DNA of 64,000 bases from positions 35,354,161 through 35,418,160 of the forward strand of contig NC_057718.1 of NCBI RefSeq assembly GCF_004010195.1, written 5' to 3'. Of the stretch, positions 1 to 11,823 are shown piece after piece. Made by a program: the position numbers and the translations under genes. The notes under the pieces are model-generated. The model was not told the origin of the DNA and searched no databases. It was given only the letters and a program-made list of their open reading frames with translations. Positions within the stretch are counted from its first letter, which is position 1. Each line of letters opens with the position of its first letter. Source of the stretch: Chiloscyllium plagiosum. Its lineage: Eukaryota.

Positions 1-5
1 TAAAG

Positions 6-957
6 GTGGATAAATCCCCAGGACCTGATCAGGTGTACCTGAGAACTCTGTGGGAAGCTAGAGAAGTGATTTCTGGGCCTCTTGCTGAGATATTTGTATC
101 ATCCATAGTCACAGGTGAGGTGCCGGAAGACTGGAGGTTGGCAAACATGGTGCCACTGTTTAAGAAGGGTAGTAAAGACAAGCCAGCGAACTATAGACCA
201 GTGAGCCTGACGTTGGTGGTGGGCAAGTTGTTGAAGGTAATCCTGAGGGACAGGATGTACATGTATTTGGAAAGGCAAGAACTGATTAGGGATAGTCAGT
301 ATGGCTTTGTGCGTGGGAAATCATGTCTCACAAACTTGATTGAGTTTTTTCAGGAAGTAACAAAGAGGATTGATGAGGGCAGAGTGGTAGATGTGATCTA
401 TGTGGACTTCAGTAAGGCGTTCGACATGGTTCCCCATGGGAGACTGAGTAGCAAGGTTAGATCTCACAGAATACAGGGAGAACTAGCCATTTGGATACAG
501 AACTGGCTCAAAGGTAGAAGACAGAGGGTGGTGGTGGAGGATTGTTTTTCAGACTGGAGGCTTGTGACCAGTGGAGTGCCACAAGGATCGGTGCTAGATC
601 CTATACTTTTTGTCATTTACATAAATGATTCGGATGCAAGCATAAGAGGTATAGTTAGTAAGTTTGCAGATGACACCAAAATTGGAGGTGTAGCAGACAG
701 CAAAGAGGATTACCTCAGATTACAACAGGATCTTGACCAAATGGGCCAATGGGCTGAGAAGTGGCAGATGGAGTTTAATTCAGATGAATGCAAGGTGCTG
801 AATTTTGGGAAAGCAAATCTTAGCAGGACTTATACACTTAATGGTAAGGTCCTAGGGAGTGTTGCTGAACAAAAAGACCTTGGAGTGCAGGTTCATAGCT
901 CCTTGAAAGTGGAGTCACAGGTAGATAGGATAGTGAAGAAGGCATTTGGTATGCTTC
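6..957 (+). mobile_element. CR1-clade LINE ORF2 reverse transcriptase fragment (open frame, truncated by an inverted copy)
   Basis: ORF 6-995 has the RT motifs KSPGPD, NYRPVSLT, DFSKAFD, GVPQGSVL and KFADDTK. LINE similarity stops at about 957. Confidence 0.95.
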
Positions 958-1564
958 TCAGCCCTTTGGCCCATCTGATCAAGATCCTGGTGTAATCTGA
1001 GGTAACCCTCTTCGCTGTCCACTACACCTTCAATTTTGGTGTCATCTGCAAACTCACTAATTGTACCTCTTATGCTCGCATCCAAATCATCTCTTTAAAT
1101 GACAAAAAGTACAGGACCCAGCACCGATCCTTGAGGCACTCGACTGTTCACAGGCCTCCAGTCTGAAAAACAACCCTCCACCACCACCCTTTGTCTTCTA
1201 CCTTCTACCATGGGGAACCTTGTTGAACACCTTACTGAAGTACATATAGATCACATCTATCGCTCTGCCCTCATCAGTCCTCTTTGTTACTTCCTCAAAA
1301 AACTCAATCAAGTTTGTGAGTCATGATTTCCCACGTACAAAGCCATGTTGACTATCCCTAATCATTCCTTGCCTTTCCAAAAAATGTACATCCTGTCACT
1401 TAGGATTCCCTACAACAACTTGCCCACCACCAACTTCAGGCTCACTGGTCTATAGTTCCCTGACTTGCCCTTACCACCTTTCTTAAACAGTGGCACCACA
1501 TTAGCCAATTTCCAGTCTTCTGGCACCCCACCTGTGACTATTGATGATACAAATATCTCAGCAA
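953..1564 (-). mobile_element. CR1 RT fragment, inverted relative to the neighbouring copy
   Basis: Reverse complement of about 81-760 (e.g. ttttggtgtcatctgcaaact), with an internal deletion near 1205. ORF 1410-1631 has EDWKLANVVPLFKKG...NYRPVSL. Confidence 0.9.
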
Positions 1565-1569
1565 TATCG

Positions 1570-2002
1570 AGTTCACCAATTTTAGAGCTTGAGTACCTTT
1601 CCCCACACTTTCCTCCACCCCCACACACCATGCCTTAGCATCACATGGGCTGCTACCACACACTACCCATTATCAGTCACTAATAGTCCCCATTAGCATC
1701 TATTCATCTTCCAAGGCTGATCACTAACCACTCCTTTGTCTGCCCAACTGTTCTCCCCTCTCTTCAGGCTCTATCTCCATCTAACGTTTACCCTTTCCTC
1801 CTCCTCCACACCCCCCTTCCATTTTGCTGCAATCCCGACCTCTCCGCCCCCACCCCCACCACCCTCCCAAACTTATCTTCCATACAAAAAACATCCTTTT
1901 CTGAGGTACCATCAGTTCTGAAGAAGGGTCACTGGACCCACAACGTTTCCTCAGCATTCTCTCCACAGACCTGCTGAGATTTTTCAGCTATTTCTATTTT
2001 GG
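1570..2002 (+). mobile_element. Degraded Penelope-like element 3' region with a variant hammerhead motif
   Basis: Pyrimidine-rich tract followed by CTGAAGA-A-GGGTC-ACTG-GACCC-acaacgtt (1918-1947) and a ctctccacaga...cctgctgag tail. Confidence 0.6.
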
Positions 2003-2084
2003 CTCAATTTGGAACATTTGGCTAAAGTTATTCCGCTGTTAGCCAGGCTTTGTTGCTGGTTTGTTTCACCAACAGGCAGCATTC

Positions 2085-2662
2085 AGGCTCCTGAGTCTGG
2101 GGCTTGTCCAATTTATCTGCTTTTCATTTTTATCTTCTTTTCTTGCTTTCTTTTGACTTTTTAAGCTTCTGCTTCTACTTACCTTTTGGGGAGCAGTCGG
2201 TCATGGCAGCCTCAGCAGTGACCAGATCAATGAGAAAGGCAGAAGGCGGTAGAATGGTGACTCTGTCAGGGTCCAGAGTGTGGTGAGCCAGCAGAATGCT
2301 GGAGGGCAGCAGCGAGGTGGCTGATGAACCAGGAGTGGGACTCTGGCTGATGGTGGAGGGGCGGTGGTTGGCGGAGGAGCGAGCACGGAATCCAGCATCA
2401 GCTGCTACATTGGCGGAGGTGACGTCAGTGAGGTAGGTCCAGCAGGCAAAGATGGCACCTGAGGAGTAGCGACTTCGATGTTGGTTGGGTTTGGCACTGG
2501 CGTTGGCAGTAGGATTATGAACTGTCTTTCGGCTATATCATTTTATTTTTATTTATTATTCTTAAACTATTCAAAATAGTGCCAGGCCATGGCAACAGTG
2601 GAAGCTTATCATTGTATTTCATTATAAAATACACATGACAATAAAAATCTTTCATTCATTCA
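2085..2662 (+). repeat. Unclassified interspersed repeat with a (c)acatgacaataaa 3' tail
   Basis: Same layout as 16363-17130: T-rich segment, GC-rich body, then acatg(a/c)caataaa and a short tandem tail. Confidence 0.5.
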
Positions 2663-3084
2663 GTCTCATGATTGTCTGCACACAATGTCATAAATGGTGA
2701 TTTGCCTTCATCCTGCTGAGATATAAGAACAGAAATCACCTGTTGTGGTGTTTAAGGGACACTGTAACAAACTGCATCTGACATCAATGATTACTATTTC
2801 AAAGACCCTGTCACAAAAGTTAGTGTAATTTACTAATTGCATCTTCCTTTGAAAATATAACTGTATGCTATAAATCCCACTTTGCGGATGAGGACCCATG
2901 CTGAAAAAAAGAAATAGCACTGATTATCTGAACCACATATCCCATTGTGTCTGTCTTCCTTCCTGGGAGCTCAGGACTGTTGAATTTATCCTGTTGAAAT
3001 GAAGCCAGGAGAGAATGGTTGGTTCATAAGGACAGTCTGAGCTTTTATGCTGTCATCAGAAAATAACTTCAATAAGAACTTATA

Positions 3085-5400
3085 TTTATGCAGTTTACAC
3101 AATGCACATAAATATACTAATGTACCAATAACATGGAGCATTAGTATATTTATAAGCATGCAGGAAGACAGAAAGCAGGAACTAACAGACCAGTTAGTAT
3201 GGGGAAGAAGTTCAAAAGTATTAGTAAAGATATTATGACAGGGCACTTAGGAACATTCAAGGTAATCAGTCAAAGTCAATACTGTCTTGTGAAAAGGAAG
3301 TCACTTTTAAACAATTTGCTGGTATTCCTTTTCAGAGGGTAAGAAAAACAGTAAAAACCCAGTAATGCTTGGAAATGAACATACTGATTGTACTGGATCT
3401 CCATCTTGAAGGATACAAGATGACTTGGATAATCGTGTCTCATTTATCAATTTACTCATTTTCTTTCTAGTTGGGAGAAACTGGCAGATATAATGTACTT
3501 CAATTTACAGAAGGCAGTTGAAAAAGTGTCACATCAAAGTGTATTTTGGAAAATAAAAGGCTTATGGAATATGGAGTGACATTTTATCATAGATAAAAGA
3601 GCGGCTGGCAAACAAAGAACAGAACAGACATAAATGGGTCATTTTCAGGTTAACAATATGGAGCAAGTGATGCTCCATGAGGATCTGTGATGGACTCTCA
3701 AGTATTTACACCTTATATAAGTGACTCGGATGAAGGAACCAAAAGTATAGTTGCTAAATTTGCTGATGACACAATGATAGCAGATAAGTAAGTTGTGAAG
3801 AGGATATAGGAACAATGCAACAGGATGGGTTAAATGAGTGGGCAAAGGTCTGTGAAATGCGATAAAATGTGGAAAAATTTGAAATCATCGACTCTGGCAG
3901 GAAGAATTTTTTTAATTGACAGATTATCAAAATAGTGAGAGATTGCAGAGCTTTGAGATATCGAAGGATTTGTGTGTTCTGAATCACAAATAGGTCAGTA
4001 TGTAAGTACAGCAAATGATTAGGAAAACTAACAAAATGTTACTGTTTATTGCAAGGAGAACTGAATATAAAAGTATGAAGCTTTTGCTTCATTTTATACA
4101 GGGCACTGGTGAGACTATACCTGAGTATAGCATTGGTCTCCTTATTTAAGGAAGGATATACATGAATTGGAAGAAGTTCAGAGAAGGTTTATTAAACCAA
4201 GAATGGATGTGTTGCCCTTTGAAGACAGAGTGGATGAGGTAGGCTTGTATCCACTGGAGTTCACAAAAGTGAGAGATGGCTTGAAACATATAGAATCCTG
4301 ATGGGTCTTGAAACGGTTGTCTATACTTTGGACGCTTTGATCAGTTCATGTATTGAAACCACTTTACCCAAGTGCTCTTGTTGGTGAGGCAGACAGAGGG
4401 ACACAGAATTTAGTTTGCAGTTCATCTCAATTTTATTAACAAAATATTTCTTGTTAAAATCACTATGAAAGCATTTCCCACATACCCAAAAGAATCACTC
4501 TCTATCTCGCCCTATCCATTTAAGAAAGAGTATTACCTGCAATGATTCATGTGCTTGAGCTGGGCCATTGGAATTTCCTTCGTGTCTGACATAGGATTGG
4601 CTCTCTTCCATGAAGCTGGTTCTTGCAGGTCAGGTCAGGGCATATCCTCTCTCCTCTCACTCTCTCTCTGAGTGTCTCTCTCTTTCTACAAGTAGTTAGG
4701 GCTCTGCTGTTGGCGAGGTCACATATTCGCTGAGTCTTCACTGAGTCCCCACTGAGGGGGCTAATGTCCAGGTGTGTCCCTCCTCATACTGAAACCTTCC
4801 AGAATGTTCTGTGGCCTTTGGTCAATGGGATTATGAGCTGGGTTCAAATCATCCAGTGGGGTCGCACCAACACTCTTCACTGTCGCCGTGCCTGGAGGTG
4901 TAAAGTGCAAAACGTCAGGCAGCCAAGGTACCAGAATGTCTGATCCATTTCTCCAATGCACAACACTTGGGCTAATTGAAACTGGTTCCCCTTGAATCTC
5001 TGTAACCTCTTTGATCTTGGTTTTTCACTGTTTGCTGCAGCCACTTGCTGCCGACTACTGTTTAGTTTGGGCCAATTTTCTGTCAGGCCTGACTTTTCCA
5101 TCTATGGGTCAATTTAGAGTGTCCAATTTTGAGCCTGTGGTCACTTGACCACAAAAGACTGGATGGGGAGAGGATGTTTACCTTTGTGGGAGAATCTGGG
5201 ACAAGGGGTCACTGTTTAAATATGAGTTACCATCTATTTAAGATAGATATAAGGAGGGGTTTTTTTCTCACAGAGGCTGGTGAGTCTTTGGAATTTTCTT
5301 TCTGAAAAGGGGGTGAAAGCCGTCCCTGTGAATATTTCTGAAGCAGAGATAGATGGATTCTTGATAAGCAAAAAGGTAAACAGAGGGACTAATTTAAGTG
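3085..5400 (+). mobile_element. Old degraded CR1 ORF2 and 3' region, interrupted at about 4325-5155
   Basis: aaatttgctgatgacaca (KFADDT) near 3756. Typical CR1 3' sequence resumes at about 5158. Confidence 0.8.
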
Positions 5401-6254
5401 GGAGTAGTAAAGTTTGGGAAACTGGTCAGCATGAGTGATTCTACAACAAAACATAAGGTACTTCATTGAAATGTTTTAAAATAAATTGTGACACTGAGCC
5501 ACAAATGGAGGTATTGGGTCAGATGACCAACAGCTTGGTCAAAGATAGGTTTGCTTCCTCTGTATGATGCTTTCTTTGCTGTGTTGTTCTTTTTGTACAC
5601 TGGGGAACATAGACTGAATAAAACATGCAGAAAGACCAATATTGCTTTGTTATTACTGATCTTAGTGAAAAATAAACTGATTTAAGATTAAATTTAATCA
5701 CTTCAGTCTTTCTACATTGTGATCAAGATTTCCTGTTGCCATTACACTTCTGGTATCTATTTCATTTTACTGTTGGTCACTGATTTGCTTTCTCTCAATC
5801 TGTTTTTCCTTTGAAAAATTAAGGAGTTTGCATTGACATTGAGGCATTACTAGGCACACCTTCCTGCCTGCCAGTTTTTTGCAAAAATGTAGATATACAC
5901 AAACAATAGAAAAATATTGACGGAAACAGGCTCTTCCATCATGTTCAAAGTTGCGTTTTGAAGTGAATTTAGGAAAACTATCTCAAGTTTTGATTCTATA
6001 GGCATCTTTAAAAGCCAATTTTTTTGAAGCAAAACTAGCATTGGGACTGGCATAAAGTCAACCCCTTTCTCCCACTATTATTTTACTGTGTGAAGGTCTA
6101 GGTGCTATATTTGAAGAAGATTTACTTAGTTCCTGTGAGCCAAGAATATCAGTCTGGCTATTGCCCTGGAGACTTTTGACACTTTCTTATCCCTATGGAA
6201 AGCATACAGCCGCTACCATCAACAATCATGTCTCTGAGCAGACAACAAGTGACC

Positions 6255-6422
6255 CCATGGTTCAATCAATGTTTGCCTGCAGGATCTCCTCAAGGCTGTG
6301 CACGCACTGTGGGAGGTTCTCTTTCCTAGGGGTGGCAGGCTAATAAGGTGGTTTGGACAGAGGTCGCAGCAGAAGTTAACAGCCATGGGTTAAAAACAGA
6401 AACCAGGAAGAGAAACAATGAA
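6255..6422 (+). pseudogene. Harbinger-type Myb/SANT (NAIF1-like) DNA-binding ORF remnant
   Basis: Frameshifted manual translation PWF.../LQDLLKAVHALWEVLFPRGGR/KVVWTEVAAEVNSHG...RKRNNE fits the PRF..L..LL..V...LF...W..VA..V.....KK.NDL pattern. Confidence 0.6.
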
Positions 6423-6469
6423 AGATCCCCTGCACTCCTCAATGGCAAATGGTAGCTGTTAGTCACTGA

Positions 6470-6910
6470 AAGGTGATGTTGATAAGAGCTTCAAGTAATA
6501 TCAATGTATGAATGGAAAGGATTGCTAGACAAGGGTTTGAGTTGCAGACTTTAGCAATGGATGGAACATGTGGACTAAATTTGTAGGAGCCACTTCATGA
6601 TGTGATTGTTTTCATGAGTTTCCCATGTGTGAAACAGTTAATAGGGAAGGCTCTGGAGCTGTCATGGTGCTCATGCACATAGAGTGAATGTGCACTTGAT
6701 CAGATGACACTCAATCTTTCTGTGTGCCTGCATGAGGAAAGGGTTCATAACCACAGGGAGTGCTTTAAAATGAGTCAAAGTGTTGCAAACATCAGGATAT
6801 TAACTTGATGAAAGGAGGCTTTGGGTCTGATTAGGTAGGATCGGAAATGATTGTGTGCAGATGGAGAGGCTGGAATTTCAAGACTTGCGAAGGTTTTGAA
6901 TGAGGATGTC
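6470..6910 (-). mobile_element. Highly degraded L2-like RT fragment
   Basis: The minus strand shows traces of SYL..R.Q (tcctacctaatcagacccaa) and an H.YADDT-like segment. Confidence 0.35.
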
Positions 6911-6973
6911 TCCAGTCTGGAGTCAACTGGTCACGTAAGAGTAATACCTGAAGCATCGATGATGTGTAAAACA

Positions 6974-7100
6974 TTAAAAATCACACAACACCAGGTTATA
7001 ATGCAGCAAGTTTATTTGGAAGTATGTATCTGTGGACTATTACCTGGTGTTGTGTGATTTTTAACTTTGTCCACCCCAGTCCAACACTTGCACTTCCACA
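6974..7100. repeat. Short palindromic element, probably from a second PLE terminal-repeat family
   Basis: Perfect 23-bp inverted repeat ttaaaaatcacacaacaccaggt (6974-6996) / acctggtgttgtgtgatttttaa (7042-7064). Confidence 0.6.
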
Positions 7101-9410
7101 TGATAAGTACAACTGTGAACTAAATTTTTATGTTGCCCATGACAGGTCCTCGCAACACGATCAAGAGAGAGAAGCAGCTTTCCACTAGACCACCTCCACC
7201 CATGCCTCCATGCTGAGAGTGAAGAGATATGCCATTCAGTGGGTGGATCATTATTTCATTCCTCTGAAGCCCAACCAGCACAGGGACAGTCACCTTAGTG
7301 GCTATATGCTCTAGATTAGGCTGGTGGTCACAATCCAATGAGCACATCACTGACATGCCACAGCAGCTGATAGAGGAATGAAGAGCCAATGTCCATGATA
7401 GTCTGAACACTTTTGGAGACCGGACTTTGCCGAGCCCCATGTTTCAGACACGCGTCTGAAATTGGCCACAACAAACAGATGCAGAGACAGGCAGGAAACC
7501 CTCTGACTGATATCCCTGAGGCTACACACAAACTTGAGTGAAAGGTGGAGGAGTTTATTAAAGTTCTACCTGCTCCAGCGATGCAACCACAATGCACACA
7601 ACGCTCCAGTTGAGATCTAACAAGCATCTTCTATAGGTTCAACATTACCTCCTTTGCTCTTGTGCTCCATGAACTTGGTCACAAAGCCCAAGATACTGCA
7701 TGCTTTAGTAAATGTTCTCTCTAACTGTCATGCCACCTTCAATGACCTACCCTCTTAAGTATTGTTGTCCTTATTTCATCAGATCAACAGACCTCAGACA
7801 TTCAATGCCTTATCCTTTTTGATGTCAAGAATAGCCAATATAGGTCAAAAAAATTTTTTATTACCTATTCTAAAATTAATCCCTGCAGAGAAAAATCCAT
7901 TCTGCTGTCTTACCAGAAGTGTGTGCATGTGAGTGTGTGTTCTGGATTCTTCATGTTTTTATTAAATTATGTGCATTAACCAATTCTGTATCTTAATTGA
8001 ATGGGTTCTGATTCATAACAATTGCAAGCTTATTGAAGAAACCTGGCTGATGTATTTTCCATTCTAAGTCTAAAATAAAGAAAGCCTAAAATTAGCCATA
8101 TCAGAACTCGTGTCTAATATTTTTATTTTATTTTGAATGTGATCCGAAGGCTTGTTAATTATATTTGGATGTTTGCCTGAATCATTATATTTGGACAATA
8201 CTGGGTTTACATATCACTATACAAATTAGGTGTTCTTATTTAGTATCTGCTGCCTCAGTTAATATTTGGATGGACAAAAACACTTAGATGGACAATCAAA
8301 TGGATCCCCCCACTCCTCACCAGTCCTTGGTGTTCCTTCATTCACTACAATAACCTTAGCCTTCCATTAGCAGTATCTGTGGTCCCGAAGCTACATCATC
8401 CATAATAGGTCACAAAAGTATCTGCATCTTTGCTGATTCTCATTGCAAACACAGTGGTGGCAAATGATACCATGATAACTTCAACAGCATCTCTAAGACA
8501 CAGATATCTCACTAACCCACCAATCCGAGCAGCGTAGGTATTGACACATAGGCAGATATTTCAACTGTGGATAACATCAGAGTCAAACATTATCCTGTCC
8601 TCATTCAACATCCAAACACAAATACTTCCAGCAAAGAACTCTGGACACTGATTCGCATGTTTGTCTCGTAAACATAGATTATTAATTGACAGGATAAGTC
8701 CTTGGTCTCTGCAATGATACAATTACCACATAATCCTTGTTCCAAAAGAAAATCCTTCCCATCTAGTGTCTGTATGAATGTATGACTACTGATATTCCTT
8801 CCCCTGACCTAGCGATACCGTCACCTCTTGTTTGTTTCAGGTCAACTCATGTAAAACAGTTAGCTGATCAACTTGGATCTTTCCTGAGAGCATTCAACAA
8901 TTGAATTTGATTGAAGGTCAGGAAAGCTCCCATTTTAGACAGAATAACACCAGCATATTGAATAATACAACAAAACACCAGAGGGTTCGCACACCAGAGG
9001 GTTTAATCTTGAAGGTTTGGCAACTTGGCGGCAAATGGTAAAAAAAAATAGTCTGCCTTGCCAGGTTAAAATACCATCATGCTTTTCTGTGACATTGCAG
9101 AAGCCAATGCCTAAAATGCTGGTCAGATTTTGTTTGTGTCAGGAATTAGCTTTCTGATTTTATGTGAATGCGAAAGAATCATTTCAGAAACGGGCCGATG
9201 CTGTCAGTTGAAATTCAGGCCAACATTGTGTTTGCATTATTTATTTAAATTGTTAGAAAACTCAGTTCAGCCGCTTCTTGCATTTCTAACACAGACTGCC
9301 AGCAAACTCAGAAAATTATTTTTCAATGACGAGCCATTTTTAGAACCTACTATTAACCCCGATAAGTTAATAAAATACCTGGGGCTGGATTTTCAGCCCC
9401 CAACAGGGTT

Positions 9411-9730
9411 AGATTAGATTAGATTAGATTACTTACAGTGTGGAAACAGGCCCTTCGTCCCAACAAGTCCACACTGCCCCGCCGAAGCGCAACCCACGCA
9501 TTCCCCTACATTTACCCCTTACCTAAGACTACGGGCAATTTAGCATGGCCAATTCACCTGACCTGCACATCTTTGGACTGTGGGAGGAAACCAGAGCACC
9601 CGGAGGAAACCCACGCAGACACGGGGAGAACGTGCAAACTCCACACAGTCAGTCGCCTGAGGCGGGAATTGAACCCAGGTCTCTGGCGCTGTGAGGCAGC
9701 AGTGCTAACCACTGTGCCACCGTGCCGCCC
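9411..9730 (-). mobile_element. HE1-like tRNA-derived V-SINE, full length and young
   Basis: Minus strand has A box TGGCACAGTGG, B box GGTTCAATTCC, the V-domain gtgtggagtttgcacgttctccccgtgtctgcgtggg, and an (aatct)n tail. Confidence 0.9.
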
Positions 9731-9949
9731 ATTGGTTAGGGCCAATGGCAGGCAAGAACTAAAACTAGTCCTGACAACCAACATAACAGTTCCCCAGCTT
9801 CATCCCACCTCTGAGACATTATTGAGGAAGCAGGATTGGGACATTAAACTGCCCAATTGTGGTGGCTGATTTGGAGCTCAAATTAGGCCAACAGGAATTT
9901 TGCAGTTGACTTAAGTTCCCATGGGGGACAGGGGCTAGTTTACATATGC

Positions 9950-10790
9950 TAACATATATGTTAGCCACAGGATTAGGCCATTCAGTCCTTGCTCTGCCAT
10001 GCAATGCGATCATAGCTGATCTGACTACCCCACATTCCTGCCTAACCCGAATAAACTTTCACTTCCTTGCTTATCAGGATTGACTTTCATCCCACTGCCT
10101 TTGAAAAAATATTCCAAAGAATCATGACTGTCTGTAAGAAAACATTCCTCCTCTTCTCTGTTTTAAGTGAATGACCCTTTATTTGTAAATCATCATGCCC
10201 AGTTGTAGATTCTCCAAGAAAAAGAAACATCCTTTGTATATCTGTCCTTTCAATCATATCCCATCCCCACACAACCTTAAATGTTTCAATCAAACCACTT
10301 CTTACTTTTGTAAACTTTATTGGACACATGGAAGAAAGTGCTGACTGCAGATGCTGGAAATCAGAATTGAGAGTGCAGTGCTGGAAAAGCACAGCAGGTC
10401 AGGCAGCATCTGAGGAGCAGGAGAATCGACGTGTTGGGCATTACCCCTTCATCAGGAATGGATACATGCCTAGACAGTCCAACCTTTCCCCATAAGACAA
10501 ATTATTTATTCTAGGTATCAATCAAGGTAACCTTCTGTAAACTGCTTCTAATCCATTGATATTATTCCTTAACTAAGTAGACCAGTAATGTACAATTTCT
10601 CCGGGTGTGATCTTAAAAGTGCCCTGTTTAACAGGAGTGTAATCTCCCTACTTTTGTATTCAATCCCCTTGCATTAAATTATAACAGTCTGGTCACTTTC
10701 CTCATTATATGCTGTACTTGTATATTGACCTTTTGCAATTCATGTAGTTAGACACTCAGATCCCCCTGCAATCTCTCTTTTGTTTTGTAT
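9950..10790 (-). mobile_element. CR1 3' region, interrupted by an HHR mini-element
   Basis: ORF 10087-10392 reads ...GLIETFKVV.G.D...MF...GESTT.H.LQIKG.S..TEKRRN.F.Q.V..LWN, a CR1 ORF2 C-terminus. Confidence 0.8.
10331..10458 (-). mobile_element. PLE terminal-repeat mini-element with a degenerate hammerhead
   Basis: HHR motif at 10428-10455. TSD tggacacatg (10321-10330) / tggatacatg (10459-10468). Confidence 0.8.
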
Positions 10791-11194
10791 TCGATAATAC
10801 AAAACAGCTTTCCAGTGATGGACTAAACACCCAGTGGTCCAGACAGCCCGAGAGCACCTCCCTCCCTGCCTGAGTGCAGAAGCAGCCACAGACATTCCTG
10901 TTGAGGACCTTTGCCTCCAGGGATGGATTGGCTGCTACATCTACATTTTCATTAAATATTTTTAAAAATTGGAGAGACGCCACCTTTATTATGAAGTGCC
11001 CTCTTTATGACTTACCTTCAATCACTGACAGCTGTCCTTCAAGCTGAAAGGGACCTGATTTGCCCCTCAATTTCAAGAGTCCAACTGACTCCTTAATGGA
11101 TCAGTAAACGTAACTACCCACTGGCCATTAGTGGCTACACTGGGGAAGATCACAGGGAGTCACTGTCTCCCCCCATCATGATCAGGCTCAGAAT

Positions 11195-11823
11195 TCAGAG
11201 TTTAGATTAGAGTGGTGCTGGAAAAGCACAGCAGTTCAGGCAGCATCCGAGGAGCAGTAAAATCGACGTTTCGGGCAAAAACCCTTCATCAGGAATAAAG
11301 GCAGAGTGCCTGAAGGGTGGAGAGATAAATGAGAGGAGGGTGGGGGTGGAGAGAAAGTAGCATAGAGTACAATAGGTGAATGGGGGAGGGGATGAAGGTG
11401 ATAGGTCAGGGGGGAGGGTGGAGTGGATAGGTGGAAAAGAAGATAGGCAGATAGGACAAGTCATGGGGACAGTGCTGAGCTGGAAGTTGGAACTGGGGTG
11501 AAGTGGGGGAAGGGGAAATGAGGAAACTGTTGAAGTCCACATTGATGCCCTGGGGTTGAAGTGTTCCGAGGCGGAAGGTGAGGCGTTCTTCCTACAGGCA
11601 TCTGGTGGAGAGGGAGCGGCGGTGAAGGAGGCCCAGGACCTCCATGTCCTCAGCAGAGTGGGAGGGGGAGTTGAAGTGTTGGGCCACAGGGCAGTGTGGT
11701 TGATTGGTGCGGGTGTCCCAGAGATGTTCCCTAAAGCGCTCTGCTAGGAGGCGTCCAGTCTCCCCAATGTAGAGGAGACCGCATCGGGAGCAGCGGATAC
11801 AATAAATGATATTGGTGGATGTG
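11195..11823 (-). mobile_element. Penelope-like element 3' end (GIY-YIG, 3' UTR, terminal repeat)
   Basis: Minus strand encodes NIIYCIRCSRCGLLYIGETGR.L.ERF.EH (GIY-YIG-type) and carries an HHR at 11265-11292. Confidence 0.88.
11265..11292 (-). ncRNA. Minimal hammerhead ribozyme motif
   Basis: CUGAUGA-A-GGGU-UUUU-GCCC-GAAA-CGUC. Core intact, with one G-U pair in stem II. Confidence 0.8.

Noticed and set aside
6..995. 329-aa ORF as a host or domesticated gene
   Set aside because: It is an internal CR1 RT segment with a GTG start, and its C-terminus is read-through into an inverted LINE piece.
2834..2900. Possible 67-nt minus-strand exon (ttttttcag|...|gtaaat; MGPHPQSGIYSIQLYFQRKMQL)
   Set aside because: The splice-like flanks are plausible, but I recognise no protein and find no partner exons. 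It needs RNA-seq or homology evidence.
8400..8710. Ancient conserved SINE
   Set aside because: Reminiscent of old vertebrate SINE cores, but I cannot name or verify the family by eye.
9660..9730. tRNA gene
   Set aside because: The A and B boxes belong to the SINE head and continue into the V-domain. No complete cloverleaf is evident.
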